Positions 33,646-47,380 of a stretch of 64,000 nt of DNA are shown here, piece by piece. The stretch is from assembly GCA_030704615.1 (NCBI GenBank), contig CM060732.1:54870001-54934000 (forward strand), written 5' to 3'. The DNA comes from Takakia lepidozioides. Its lineage: Eukaryota; Plantae; Bryophyta. The translations under genes were made by a program, and so were the position numbers. Below the pieces are notes generated by a model. It was not told where the DNA came from. It ran no database searches and saw only the letters and a program-made list of their open reading frames with translations. How positions within the stretch are numbered: the first letter of the stretch is position 1; every line of letters starts with the position of its first letter.

Positions 33646-35190
33646 CACCAAGTAGCGGGCATCAATCTCCCCCAGCTCCCTTTGCAGATCTTCGAGGGCC
33701 CAGTCTGGGCTGGGATCTAGTATCGAAGCTGGGGACACGGAGGGCTGTTGGGACAAAGTAGAACAGCGCGGGCGGAAGGTGCTCCAAGATTTCGAGCAGC
33801 CCTGGGGCAAAGACGGCACCAGTCTACCCAACAACCTGCACTTTCGCTGGCCAAACACCATTCCCTCTCAATGGGAAGTCCCCTGGTGAGGGGGAGGAGG
33901 CAGACTTGAATTGACGTCATAAGAGAGCTAGGGATTTTAGAACTCGGTTGAAATGGTGATACCTCAAGCCTATCTTCTCTGCCTCACCTTTGTCTTCGAT
34001 TCATTTTCACTTCCCTCGCAACTAGGAGTGCCCACAGATCTCCTCCGGCCTCTCACTCCCACTCTGCCCACCACATACTTAAGGGAGTGAACGGAGATGG
34101 ACGAACAAAATAGTGGAACCCTTCTGAAATAGAAAAAGAAGTGATGAAAATATTAAACGATCTTTATTTACTCTTACGTCTATTTTTATCCACAAGGTAG
34201 GTAATAACTTGGGGATAAAGATAAAGATAAAGTTTCTTTAACGCCGCTGAATTTACAAAGCCTACTGCTCAACACACAGACCATCAAGGGCCCAATGGAC
34301 GGTTTGAAGGAACATGTTGAAGGATTGAACCCAAGATCACCTAGATTGTAGAGGCAAGGCACAAACACCCAACCACTGGGCTACTTGCTCAAGGACAAGT
34401 TCTTTAGGAAGGAGCCACAAGTGGTGAGGAGGGAGCGGAGATGGACGAACTAAATCTGGAACCCTTCTGAAAAAGAAAAAGAAAATGATGAAAATATTAA
34501 ACGATCTTTATTGGCTCTGTCCCGCAAGGGATCTCATTGTGGAGACTTCTTGCCTAGGCGGAGCTAGGCAGAGAAGGGAGACCTAGGCTTATCCATTAAG
34601 CCTAGTGTATGGAGGGTTGATGGGACTCGCAAGGGATTGAGGCATTGTGGAGACATCTTGCTTAAGGGGAGAAATAGACTTATCTATCAAGCCTAGTCTA
34701 TAGGGCCCACCCCCGATAAAGGCGAGGTGGCTCTTAATTACGCTCGCTTTGGCCGGAGTCTTCTCTCTCTAAGCCTAGTCTAGAGAGGGTTGATGGGCAT
34801 GATTCATGAAGCCCTAGAAAACAACCCCCAAATCACCGAAGGACACATCCTCTTGTGGCAGAGCCATTTGTTTACTCTTATGTTTACTTTTATCCACAAG
34901 GTAGGTAAAACTTGGGGATAAGATAAGATAAAGATTCTTTAACGTCCAGCGAATTTACAGAGCCTACAGCTCAACACACAGGCCATCGAGGGCCCAATGG
35001 ACGGTCTGAAGGCACATGTTGAAGGATTGAACCCAGGATCACCTAGGTTATGCACAGGCAAGGCACAAACACCCAACAAAGTTCTTTAGGAAGGAGCCAT
35101 CGTGAGGAGAGAACGGAGATGGACGAACAAAATGTGGACAAACCGACGGAAGGGGATGGAAAACCCTAAAACTGTTGCAAGGCTGCTGCA
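33646..35190 (-). repeat. Continuation of the GLE1-fragment/promoter-module repeats up to the DAP3 promoter
   Basis: ILDPSPDWALEDLQRELGEIDARY frame and the same AT-rich modules; ~160-bp duplication 34215-34375 / 34915-35075; telo-box AAACCCTA at 35161. Confidence 0.75.
34513..34865. mobile_element. MITE, PIF/Harbinger (Tourist)-like
   Basis: TIRs GGCTCTGTCCCGCAAGGGAT / ATCCTCTTGTGGCAGAGCC, 3-bp ATT on both sides; interrupts the atctttatttactc module. Confidence 0.6.
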
Positions 35191-35571
35191 AAACTCTCTC
35201 CTCCTGCTTGAGGTTCGATGAGGGGAGATTTGAGGACTGGGTGTTGGAGACAGGTTGGAGGTGAGAAAGAAGTTTTCGGTCACAGCAACCTTGCAGAGTG
35301 TAGCGATGGTGATTTTAACTGGAGGAATGCAACACATTTGCTCTTTCTCATCCCCTGCGTATTCAACTGCACTCTTACGGAAGTGACAGAAAGACAAACA
35401 AGAAATCTCACCATTTTGTTTTGAAATTTGAAGCTAGGTTGCCAGAGATTGCGATCTTTTGGGACTTGAGGAAAATGTGTTGCGACAGAGACGGGGACAC
35501 TTACAGCGAAGCGCAGTTTCCAACCTAGCATGATCCTCGTATTCCTCTAGCCCTTTTGGAAAGAGGGGGAT

Positions 35572-38500
35572 ATGGCCGCACTCGCGAGGCAAAGCTCTCG
35601 AGCGTCTTCTCGCCTGGGCACACTGAGCTACATTTTCAACACTTCAGGTTTGACAAGTGGTGAATTCCCTGCCCTCGCCCCTGGATTTCAGAATGCTGCG
35701 AGCCGGCCGGCTTGTACTGGATCTATCTATCAAATTTCGGGTCGCACTTACGTTTCAAGCTACTTAGAATCCGGGGTAGGGAGGTTTAGGGGTTCTAGAG
35801 ACCCTCTTTGTTTAGAAGTTGGCGGCAGGGGCTACGGTGGAGGAGCATCCTGTGGGGCATTGTCGGGTACCGCAACAAGGGTTCCTCCGGTGGCCCCATT
35901 TTCCTTATACTCTTCTCTCTTGGCCACCAGGGTATGGTCCGCCATGGCTCACCTGGAGGAAAGCGTTATACCAGCTGGAGAGGACGAGGCGGTGTCGAAA
36001 ATCGAGAATGGGGACAATGGGCAAGAGGAAGAGGATAGATTGCAAACGAGCGAGAGTGAGGAGGGAGAGAGTCCCTCGATTTTCACGCGGGTGCAAAACC
36101 TTGTAGATGTTACTGTTGATGACATCGGAAAGTATCTCACCCTCAGGTCAGGTTTCTTGGGCCTCTTTCCGGGATCTCGTCAATTCATTGAGACCCATGT
36201 AGGAACACGTAGTCCATGGGATATGAAGTTCCATCAGAGAAAAAATCTACTGATTTGTTCAACACGATCTTAACTACTATACGGAGACTAGATATCTGCA
36301 AAAGTCTTCCAGAAGTTGGGTCATGTCAACCTGGTGAGGAGATAGCCATGACCGCCATCACAGACATAGAGGAAGCACAGCTTTAGTCTGCAGACTGGCA
36401 AGACAGTAAAAATCTTTCACACCAAAAGGCACATGTTCTTCTCCACAGCTCTTGGACGTGAAATTCTACAAGCTAGTGTAGGATGTCGATGCCATAGCCT
36501 TCTAATTGTAATGGAGGTGCCACTCGATTGTCCTTGAGTTCTGTTGCAATTCGGGCTGAGTTTTTGTAGGTGGGTGGCTTAGCACCATCATGGGGGACTA
36601 TGTATCACAAGGAAATGGTCTAGCCAATATCCACAGTGGAGGTTCAACAAGGAGATCTGGTTGTGAGAAGGAATGTGTGACACCTTTGGGAGGGATTTTT
36701 GGTAGGGGTCTGAGATAGAAGGTAGGGCAGCAGTTGACAATGTTAGACTTGCTCCTGTTTGTGTTTGAACTCAGTGAAGAAGACCAGTCCAAGTATTTTG
36801 GTGAAGGTTTACCAGGAGGCCTGGTCAAAGAATTTGAGGTCACCAAGCAGAGTTCTCTATTAATCCGGCCTCGGGTGCTGCAATTATGTGATCAATTACA
36901 CCGATGTGTGATGAATACTTCAGCGTTCAATATTCCTGTGGAAGAAATGACTGGTAAGTTTCCTTGAAGATTATAGTAGCCTCCTCTTCCATGACATTGG
37001 CACCTCTGTTACTGTGGTAGGACAAGAGAGAAGAGAACGAGGATCTTTAATTTTGCTGAAGGCTCATTCCAGACCTGCACTCACAAATCAAGTTGGTCCC
37101 AGCCTTGAATTTTCCTCTGGGAAGCTTGTCAGTAAAGCATAACACTGATTGGAGAGAGAAATACCTAGCATGTCAAAGCTAGACCTCAACCTTGATCTCC
37201 ATAGCTCCCTTTTTTTCCTCACCATAGAGGGGTTCAAACCTGGGGTTCCACAGGGATCAATAACCTGTTGGGTTGTTGGTTGGCTTTGAGGGACACAGGG
37301 GAGGCCATTTCACCATCTTAGTTTGCTGGGGTTGCCACTAAGAAGTTAAAGCTTTGAGCTCTTGCAGGCTATAGATGACTAAGTCTGTACATATTTTTTA
37401 ATATACACAATCACTGAAATGCTTTGATTGATGGTGGAAAGCTGTAAGAGCATGTGGTAACACAGAAAGGAGTTGCCTAGTACTGATACTACAGCATGCA
37501 TTTTCTACCACTGCTTTTGCTTCCGAGGACATGAAACTGGCAAGGAAACCTCTTTTCTGTGACCTACCTATGAAGTGTGCATCTGATGGCCACTTGGACC
37601 ACCCTACCTTTATTGATGTCATCCCTGTTGTAGGTCATACTAACAAAGAGAAGAGTGGTAAGGGAGGGCCTTTCAGCATTTTGAGCCCATAGTCCAGGGG
37701 GAGGGGTTAGTGGTTGCCCAATAGCAATCATCCATTTCCAAAGAGGATGCTCATATGTCAAGGAAATAGATAGTTTAGCACAGCACTTCATGTGGTAAGG
37801 CTATACTATCCTAGGAGCTTGGAAGCATAAAAAGCTACATAGCAAAAAGGAAGCCATACTGAAGTGAGCACCCATTCCCTATACTGCAGAGGGAATGGCA
37901 GTTTCTCAGCTCAAAACCAGGATTATGACTCCGCCAGATACAAGGAAAGAATGTACTCATAAGACATTGTTTACTGTAGCCTTGTGGCGTGGACCCACAC
38001 CCAGTTTGAGCGGTACCTTGTTTGCCATAGCCTTGTGGCCATAGACCCCGCGGCCAGTTTGATAGGGAATAGGCACTACCTTTGTGAGGGGCTCACTCCA
38101 GTAGTATGACATAAACAATTAGTTCGGGTTTTCCAGATATCCTCTAGAAAGCCCTTGACACAAGCATCAATCTGCTGTGTGTGAGCAGTTCAAAAGTTAG
38201 ACCCCAACAGGGCCAGGGCTTTAGGTTCAGCCTACAATCTCAGAGTGAGAGGGAGAGGAGAGAGAGACAATCTTATGGAAGATTTGCGCTATCCTATGTG
38301 CAGCTGCAAAGCCACGGAAGCACTACCTCCTTGACGGGCCAGCGGGTAGTGGGAAGAGTGTGGCGCTGGCGATGCTTGTTTACTGGGCGCGCTCCAAAGG
38401 GTGGCTAGTTTTCTATATTCCCAGTGGGAAGGATTGGACACATGGGAGCTTCTATTACAGAAATGAGGAAAAGGATCTCTGGGATACGCCTACAACTGCA

Positions 38501-40380
38501 CAGACAGCTCTGGAGGTGGGCAGATTTTGTAGTCCGGTCACCTGTGTGCAATAGAGGTCTTTGTGAAGCTCATATGTTGAGGAGACAGCACTTGCAATAA
38601 TAGGTAGCTGATACGTGGATTCAAACTGGGCATCCATGCAGCTCTGTATTATGACCTGACACCAAATTTATTCATGGTTATGCGCTTTGTGTTAGGATAT
38701 CAAAAGCATAGAGTAAACCTGAAAGCATGTTGGTGTGATCTTATGATGTTCTAGGGCTTCCTCAAGAGTCATTCCAGACTGCTTGACACTCTACCATGCC
38801 GCATTTTGGATCCAATACCTCTTGGAGAAGGAGCCGGTGTGGGTCGCGCACGGGGTCCTCAACAAATCACGTTGCCTGGGGGTGCTACACTGAAGCACTT
38901 GGTTGAGAAGGGATTGTCTATGTCGCATGCAGGGGTGGGAGCAGTCGTCAGGTTGAGGCAAGAGCTTTCACTGGTGACGGAGGTCCCTGTTCTTGTTGCA
39001 ATTGACGATGTGAGTTGAAATTTTATCTTCTTCGGTAAATGGAGTGGCTATCTCTTAAGATAAGAACAGCAAACAAATATTGTGGGTCATATCATATCAG
39101 TGACCATTTATCATGGGTGTACCTTATGATGAGAAATGGTGTTTATTTTGGCTGAAGGTGTAATCACACAACCAAGCAGTGGTTGGGTAGCATGTCCTGT
39201 GGCTCCAAAATTACAGTCCCGCAGGTGTGAGCTGGAATATGTGTGGGGGTGGGTATGGCATGTGAACGGGTTGGAGTAATATTTGCTTCTGAAGCAAATC
39301 ATTGCTAATTGCCTGGTTGGTATATCTCCTTCATTATATTCTCCGTCAGTCAGGCTCTCACATGAAAGAGATTGCCTTGAGATCACAGCTCAATAATGAC
39401 TACTTGTGAGAGGTGGTGATCTGATATCTATGAATGGGGGTTTGGAGGCAGTACAACAGCTGGTTCGTATTCAGTGAGTATGGAAGGCGAGTACGCAGAC
39501 CAATCCACGCCCAAAAGCTCACCATGGTGAGTGTCTCATATCACGTTATGTACGTTTTAGGCTGTTATGGCTCGGCATTGGTTGCAGCTGCTATCAGAGG
39601 TTTGACATCTAACTTGCTCGATTTTCTTGGTTTCTTTGTTTATTGCCCCTTTGGTTTCCTACACTCCTTGATTGGCTTGTACTCACAGGTAAATGCATTC
39701 GGATCGATGGAAGGATCGGATGTGATGATGGTAGCAGCCTTCTCGCAGTCTATAGCAATTGGCAAGCTTCCAGTGCAATTGCCAGGTGTTCCAAAAGGTG
39801 TTCGGTTTGATTTTCCACGGTACAGTCCTTTTGAGGCAAACACAGCCCTTCAGTACTATCACAGGTAAGGATACCCTCTCACTTGCCCCCCTTTCTTTCC
39901 CCATCTTGGTGGCCTTTGAATATTGGACATGGTCTATGGCCACAAGATTATGCTGAGTATCTTCTTCCGCTCCCTCTGATTGTGGTGGGGTGTGTGGCCG
40001 GCCACACAGGGCTGTGGAAGCAGACTATTAGCAATGCACCTTCTTCCATGTCCCTCTCACATATTCAGATAGAACTTACCTGGCCCACCTTGAAGTTTAG
40101 AGGCAAATTGCCTCTACACAAGTTCCAATGGGTTTGTCTTTTGCTTTCATGTCTTAACGTTGCATACTCCTAGTCTCTATAAGGTAGAGACACTCTACTT
40201 GCAATGATGTGATCAGAAAAAACAAGCACACCTGAGTTAATCCTCTTCTGATGCTACATGGATTTGAGTGGCAGGTGCGAGGTGCCATCAAAGGAGCCAG
40301 AGGAAGAGGATGTGATTAGGCTTTACTACCTTACTAATGGAAATGGGGTCGAACTTCGGAAGCTTGCTCGCTTTTTATGA
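35572..40380 (+). CDS. DAP3: Mitochondrial small ribosomal subunit protein mS29 / DAP3; exons 35572-36146, 36775-36953, 38304-38515, 38755-39009, 39452-39526, 39689-39864, 40275-40380
   Basis: P-loop LLDGPAGSGKSVALAMLVYWARSKGWLVFYIPSGKDWTHG, DPIPLGEGAGVG, PVLVAIDD YNSWF, YYLTNGNG; GT-AG introns with consistent phases; N-terminal presequence. Confidence 0.92.
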
Positions 40381-42074
40381 TCAGTCATCTTGTTGTCCAT
40401 GTGGGCTGCAATCCGAAAAGAGGGCCTTGGGTTTAAGTACAGAGCTAGCTAGTAGCCAGGACTTTCAATGATCACTGCATTAATGGCACAGATGAAAAGG
40501 TACGTTCACTCATTGATGGGCTTTTTGACTACTTCCGCCGATAGGATGGCTTTGGTATGTAGACTTGGCAAACTGCAGTTGTGCAATCCAACAGATGGAG
40601 GGATCTTCCAGTTGAGTCCTGGTGTACTTGTGTTCATGCATGGGTTTTTCTAAAGCAGTTTTGTGAGATAGTATCTCAATGAATGTTAGTTGTCTGCAAT
40701 CTTCGTTTGTCGACACTCCCCTCACAGCTGTTAACGTTACTATTTTCAATTGAATGGATTGCGTTCATGCTTGCAAGGATGCTGTGTAATCAGCACTAGC
40801 CAGTTGCTTTAAAAAGTACATTATGGTCTCCTAACTTAGAGGTGGTCAGTCCTGATCTGTGTGATCTTTGTATGGTAGTGAATCTAATGAGCCATTCAGT
40901 GGAACTCTCTGATTTCTCAGGGGATTTTTGGTTGACAGATACAGGTCTCCCTCTCCTAAACCTTCTGACTTCAAATTTGTCAAAAAGAGTGGGGGTTTAT
41001 AGGGTCAGCGGGTTCATCTTCGGCTTGGAAGCTTTGGCAGCCCAGCAGAGAGTGATTGTAAATGTAGTGATGGTACCAATGACTTGTTTATGTTCTGTTG
41101 CTAAGGAAATGCGTGTTATGTTCTATTCATGTTTCTGAAGCATGTATAGCATGATGCTGAAAGAACTAGCAAGATTTCCTGAATAGCTTTCGCATGATGA
41201 ATTATGATGAATTTTTTTTCTTTTGAACTGATCATCATTGCCAGAGATGTAGAGAAGAGGCTGTCAAGTGTTTCACACAGCTTGATATTAGGATTAGCTA
41301 AATTGATCAGTTAACAAGTAGAAGAAAAGGTCATTATATGCATGCATGCACTGGTCTGCTGCATATCCCTTTCCCTTTGTGAATAGAGGGATAATTTCGG
41401 ATTAGAAGTTCTGGAGTAGTTGAGCAGGTTGACACACAGTTTTCTCAGATTTTTCTGGGTTCAAGTGGAGAGGTTTTGGGTAAGAATTTGACCTTTTAAT
41501 ATTGTTTCTCACCTGACCACTTCGTGTTCTTTTTGTTTTAAAGGAAAGGGGACTTATTCACAAATTCAAGAAGGTAAGAAACAATTCTTGGCCCCGCCGA
41601 GACCGCTCCACTGCCTGTTGCAGCCTTGTCCGGTAGAGGAAGGGGAATAAACCCATAGCTCCGGAATCAGGCTTCACAGTCCAGATCCATGACTTGTGGA
41701 TCATGGCACTCCTTGGATCCCATGCAGATACCAAGGGAGAGGAGGTCCAACATTTCCTTTAGTTCCTGCTCCCAGACGCCGGAGATTGTGAGCTTGGCTA
41801 ATCCGCACCAACCTTGTAGATGTATTTAAATGGTTGTGTGTCAACTCCTACAGAGGCTCCTTGTGACCGCCCCAAGGTGTGTGAAATCCAAAGACTTTTG
41901 ATTTAATCCCTTAACTCCAAACATTAAAAACCAAAACTTATATAGCAAAACTCTAGGAAAACCTCACCTCCAAATGATGACATTTTTGCATATCTTGCCT
42001 GCAATTTTGTGGGCAGAAACAGCCCTGCCAGCTTCTTATATGTTGTGAGCATCTATGTTGTGAGCATCTGGCAC

Positions 42075-42855
42075 ACTAAAATCGTTTCCGACGCACAAAT
42101 CAAACAAACACTCAAGTTTAGATTCGCCCAGTATATGGGGCATTAGCGCAAGTATACTTGGCGAAGTGACTCTTTTCTCTCTCTTGTGAGCATCTAAGAG
42201 ATGGCTTAGTGGTCAGATCACAAAGGCGCCTTACAAGTGGTCATAGGTTCAAAGCCCTGGAGGTGTATGTTGTTTGTCACCCATTATAGCTAACCCAGCC
42301 ATAAAAAGGAGTACTCAAGTCACCCCGGGGGACTTTCAATGAGTCCTTGGGGCAACCATTTTGTCTTGGTTATGGCCCTTAGAAGGTGTCCATCAGTGTT
42401 GGGCAAGATTACAATTTTTCAGTACGAGCCCCCGCCTAGTTTTGAAATATTTCGCTTTCCAATACCAGCCAATTCATGGTATTAGAATTACTGATGCAGG
42501 GGAAATTTCCCTGCCTTTTGAAGAAAACAAAGACCCCAATAAAAATCCTCATTTCCTACCAAAATATTCAAATTTTTATTGACCATCCTAAACGTGCCCA
42601 CAAAGCCATCTTCAACCCTGCTCTCAACACTCCCATTGACTGTCTACGACACCGACTTGGCCACCTGTTAACCAAACTTGATTATATCAAAAATTAAATG
42701 TGGGCTCAAGCCTCGGCATATACGATAGTCAATATATATTTTCAATCGTGATGTGTTTGCTTCCTGGCTCTGCGGGGTTTTATTTTTTCCCCCAATGTAA
42801 TAAAATTCCTGAGGGCCTTTGTCCCCTCTTTAACTATATATATATATATATACAA
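42075..42855 (+). mobile_element. Degenerate remnant related to the LINE at 47543-49760
   Basis: 42090-42140 reads DAQIKQTLKFRFAQYMG versus DAQIKQTLKFRYGQYVG in the ORF at 47919-49415; ends in (TA)n at ~42835-42852. Confidence 0.55.
42198..42370 (+). mobile_element. tRNA-derived SINE-like sequence
   Basis: Pol III A box TGGCTTAGTGG (42202-42212) and B box GGTTCAAAGCC (42246-42256); no intact cloverleaf. Confidence 0.45.
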
Positions 42856-43269
42856 TAGCATTTCGTAGGGTCAGCGAAGTATAGGAACCACAAGTACATA
42901 CGTATGTGCACATATATTTGAGTTTATGGAATCTCATTGGCGAAAAGGAAAAAAAAAATAGAACTAAAACCAAAACAAATAGTTCCGCTAGCAAAAAAAA
43001 GCTAAAAGTTTCTTCTGGCAAGATTATTTCCAATTTTTCCTTAAGGATATTATCTCATGCAAGGAAGGCCATGTAACCCCCCCCCCCCAATTCATTTGGC
43101 CAGTTTGGGAAGGTCAGGCAACCTGACACTCTGTGGGATCAGTGGGGTGGCGAGAGGCTTGGAGAGGAGGGAAATGGCTGGACAGGGTAGAGGCAACCTG
43201 TGCAGGGTGCAGAACCTGTGCGCCTAGGTTAGCGTAGAAGTAGGAGGGTCGAGAATTCTTAGAGATTTC

Positions 43270-44444
43270 ACGGAGGGAGTTGTAAGAGTGGGATCGACAG
43301 CTGCGCAGTCGGTGGCCGGCGGAGTTCAGTCCTCCACCATGCAGCTGTTCACTCTAGATGTATGTCAAATCCAAGCAGTCGTCTTTGTTTGAGAGCCGGA
43401 GGTTGCAATTGAAATTTGGGATCTACCTCTGCTCTATCACATTTCAACTATATGTCTTGAGCTATCACTTTTACCATGCTTCAGGATCTTGAGGTAGATT
43501 ATAGGTCTTACATGATACGATCCCGCGGCATTAAAATGTTTGATCTAAAATCTCGCAATTGATAACATCACTCTATCGATCGAGAGACAAATTTAACATG
43601 TCAGCTGGTTTCGCTCAAGAGAGAACTGGCATCTAGCAGCTGGATCTTGTCAACTGCAGTACCACCTCCTGAGGGAACTCCATTTATGACCTGCACACAC
43701 CGTGGGTTCTCATTGAGACGTCACCTCAAAAAAACAAACAACAATGGCTGGAACTTGATACCAACCCACATTCCAATTGCCAATGGTCAACGTTGCGCTA
43801 CTCAACAGACAAGAGCCTTCACTGGCTGCCACTGATACCACAGTACTGATCAAGAAGGGACCACGCCCGTTTTCCCAACGGCTAGACCTAGAGTTTCCAA
43901 CCCTCGTTGAAAGTTATTGGGGACCAGTGCCACTTTGCAGTCTACCTGGGATATCGGAAGTTTTTGTAGCCTCAAACGTCATTGGCTGCAACACCTGCAA
44001 TGACAGGTGAAACCGATGCTTTTCCAACTTCTCTACTTGAATATCCGACAATGTCAGTCCTCCTGCAGCATCTAGCCGCAAAACACCTCTCGCTCATTCT
44101 GCCGACTCTTACAGTGTGTGGAAAGAGCCAAACACCAGGAACACCAGATGCGCGAGTAACTGGAGACAAGGAGACATAGGGAGACACAAGGAGACATAGC
44201 AGGTCAGTTCAGCGAATTCTGCACCTGCAGCGCTAGCACCGGTGGGCTGCTAAGCAACTCTTTAGTGGTTGGCGACGTCCGGCTGGGCAGCAGAGTGGTA
44301 GCTAGTGGTGGTGTATGTTGGAGGCCTCATTGAGAAAGTACCCAATATTTTCCTGAGATCCAGCGCCGTCCACCGTAGTGCTAATCCCTCCGTGACTTGC
44401 GCAGCACTGGCTCAGGACTTTTCTGCCTGCTTGAAGATACTCAT
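43270..44444 (-). pseudogene. Pseudogenised tandem duplicate of the NRP1-like gene
   Basis: MSIFKQAEKS* early stop; exon-2 homolog (VINGVPSGGGTAVDKIQLL) with donor GT>AT; exon 3 mostly deleted; introns align with 45680-46450. Confidence 0.8.
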
Positions 44445-45440
44445 TTTGATAGCTAGAGAGAGAGAGCTCTAGAGAGAGAGAGAGAAAAGACCAAGCGGGA
44501 CTGTTGCAGCTCATGAATTCAAGGAGACGAGCACCAGCACATGGGCAGAAGGCTGAAATAGTGATATTTTGCGAGGACTGCAACGGAATGGGTCCCCCTT
44601 TAAATTAGAACTTCTGCACCTTGGCAGAAAGCGCAGGATCCAGTGGGAGCATCAGATCCTTACCTGCAGTACTGAAGCCCGTCCGAATGATTGGTTTCAT
44701 TCTGTACATATTATATTTATGTAGTGTCTTATCGATCTTTTCATGTGAAGTATACTTTACTTTTTCCCAGTCCGTATGAAAATTACCCACCACCATTTTG
44801 TAGCTCAGTGCCCTCAAGGTGCTCAAGGCGAGGTTACTATGATAGAGGTTATTTCTCCTCTCACTACAATTGGGGTAAGGGCTTCAAGATTTGTGAGGAG
44901 TCTCTCCTTATGGGCTACCATTTTAGATTGTGTGCAACTGAAGTGCCTGGGAAGTTGAATGCTCTAACACCAATGTAAGCTTCCTCACCGACTCCAAATT
45001 AGTGTGAACAGCCATGTAAAAAGGTCACATCCCATGAAGCGCTTCATTTATGTAAAAACACATAGCTTCGAACAAGAAAAATCATCTCGATTCCAAATAT
45101 GCCAAAGTCTGATGATGAGGATTTAGACTTTAGACATGGCCACACTGGACAACTACTCCAGAGGGAGCCATTCTAAGTCACTGCATCGCACATCATATAA
45201 TACCTAGACATTTGAACATCCAGTGCAAGCTTTGTCTACAATCCTCCAAACCACATTGATGCAGAATATCACCACACACTCTTTGAGCTGATTGACCAGA
45301 AAAGAGAGTCCAGTTGCAGTTCTTGCTCAGTTACTTCACATATATGTTACAGTTTGCACATATATATCAGTTCGAATGCCTCCAAATGAGGGTAACTTGA
45401 GCTCAAAACTCTTGGAAGTGCTTGAAAGGGTTCCTAGTTA

Positions 45441-46703
45441 TTACACGGAGGGAGTTGTAGTAGAGGGATCAACAGCTGCCCCGGCGGTGGCCGCGGGAGT
45501 TTCCTGGGGGGTGGGTGCTGCAGCTGTGTCCTGAGCAGACACGGGCGCTGGAGCTGTGGGTTTGTTCGGCTGGCCATACTCATTGAGGTAACCTTCTGCT
45601 TTCTGGATATAATCACCATACTGGCCCTTGTCCAGACCGCCAAAAGAAGACAGACCCTGCAGCAAGTTCTCCGCTGCACCTGCACGTCAAAACCAAGCAA
45701 TTGTCTTAGTTTAAGAGCCTGAGGTGTGCAAAATTGAAATGTCGGGTCTATCACATTTCAACTGTATGGCTTTGACGTATCACATTCGACTCCCATTCTT
45801 CAAGATCTTGAGGTACATAAAAGGTCTTAGATGATACGATCCCGGGCATAAATATGTTTGCTCTAAAATCTCGCAATCACATCACTCCCTGGAGAGAGAA
45901 ATTTCACCTGCCGCCTGCGTCTTGTCAACTGCAGATCCACCTCCTGAGAGAGCCCCATATAAGACCTGCACATGCCGTGTATTCACATTGAGACGTCACC
46001 CCAAAGAAACCGACAACAAAAATGGGTGTCAAAACTTGACACCAACCCAAATTCCCATTGCCGTGGACAACGTTGCGCTACTCAACAGACAAGGGCCTTC
46101 CTGGGTCACACACGGAGCACTTCGCTGCCACTGACACCACACACTAATCAGGAGAGGCCACGCCCGCTTTCCCAACCTAGAGTAACTTCCAACCCTTGTT
46201 GGAATCTATTTGGGACCACCACTTTGGAGTATACCTGGGAAATCGGGAGTTTTGGTAGACAGAATGACCGTGACTGACTGATGCATTTCCAACTTCTCTA
46301 CTTTAAAATGAGAGGAATGTCACTCCTCCTGCAGTATGAAGCCGCAAAACACCTCTAGACCGGTCATTCAGCCCACTGTCACAGTATGTGGAAAGAGCCA
46401 AACATCAGGAACGCAAGATTAAGCAGCATAGTTACTCATCAACAGCTCGCTAACCTGTGTATCGCCTAGCAGCTCTGTAGTGGTTGGCGGCGTGTTGGTG
46501 GGGGCAACGCCCGACTGTGGGTTCGCTGCGGCAGCAGGATTGGCAGTCGTCGTAGTGGTAGCGGTGGTGTGTGATGTAAATATGGTGTTGGCCTCATTCA
46601 GAAGGTTCCCAAAATTTCCCTGACCTCCAGCACCGTCCGCCGATCCTCCCTGTCCTACACCAGCACTGGCTGCGAACTCTTGCGCTTGCTTGAAGAAATT
46701 CAT
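45441..46703 (-). CDS. Nodulin-related protein 1 (NRP1)-like; exons 46703-46455, 45965-45908, 45679-45441
   Basis: PTTTELLGDTQ VLYGALSGGGSAVDKTQAA GAAENLLQGLSSFGGLDKGQYGDYIQKAEGYLNEY resembles the NRP1 core (ELMxSAK..DKAKVAGAxADIL..GKLD..GQYxEKAExYL); phases consistent. Confidence 0.75.
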
Positions 46704-47311
46704 TTTGACAGCGAGTCACAGAGAAAGGGAGAAATTTGCGAGTACAGTAAGATAAGACCCTTGCAGCACAGGAAATCGAGGAGACGAACACCACCAAACG
46801 AGCAGAAGACCGAAATTGTACTATTGTGCTAAGATCGCAGCGGAGTGGGTCCCTTTAAAGGACTCAGCGCAGGATTTCAGGGTGGGGATCAAAAAGGTTC
46901 CGGAAAGGGACCATCCACCCGCAGCAATGAAGACGACCCCATCCTTTCTGTCACGAGTCAGACGCTGATCAGATCGATTACCAGTGCGGATGCTAAACAC
47001 CACACTAATCGCCACTAAATGTCAAGTATGTAATTCGAAGTTCACTGATCTTTCGATCTCTCCCTGTACTCTACACTGCACGCTCACATCATCGTGAGTG
47101 ACACTGCAGCTAAACTTGCGGGCAGCGATGCAACTTGGCACGTGCGAGGTTGCATTATTGGTTGACGCGGTCCACCGACCACGCTGCCAGTGGATGAATG
47201 TGGGGGGAATGGATGAATTATGTGTGGATCCGATGTTGGGAACGGTCACTCGGTCCACCGACCAACTGCCGCCCGCTGCCCGCTGCCCGGATGGAAGAAT
47301 AAAGGCGTTCT

Positions 47312-47380
47312 GTCGGTGGTTCAATTGGATGGTGCTCTGTTTGCCACCCAGGTGATTCGGGGTTCGAATCCTGCTGCCTT
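47312..47380 (+). other. tRNA-like pseudogene / SINE head
   Basis: A-box-like TGGTTCAATTGG and B box GGTTCGAATCC with GCC between them; stems poorly paired. Confidence 0.4.

Noticed and set aside
34515-34660. Hammerhead ribozyme (TTGATGGG...GCAA tetraloop)
   Set aside because: Lacks the CUGANGA and GAAA core; better explained as MITE internal repeats
47312-47380. Functional tRNA-Gly(GCC)
   Set aside because: Acceptor and anticodon stems do not pair convincingly
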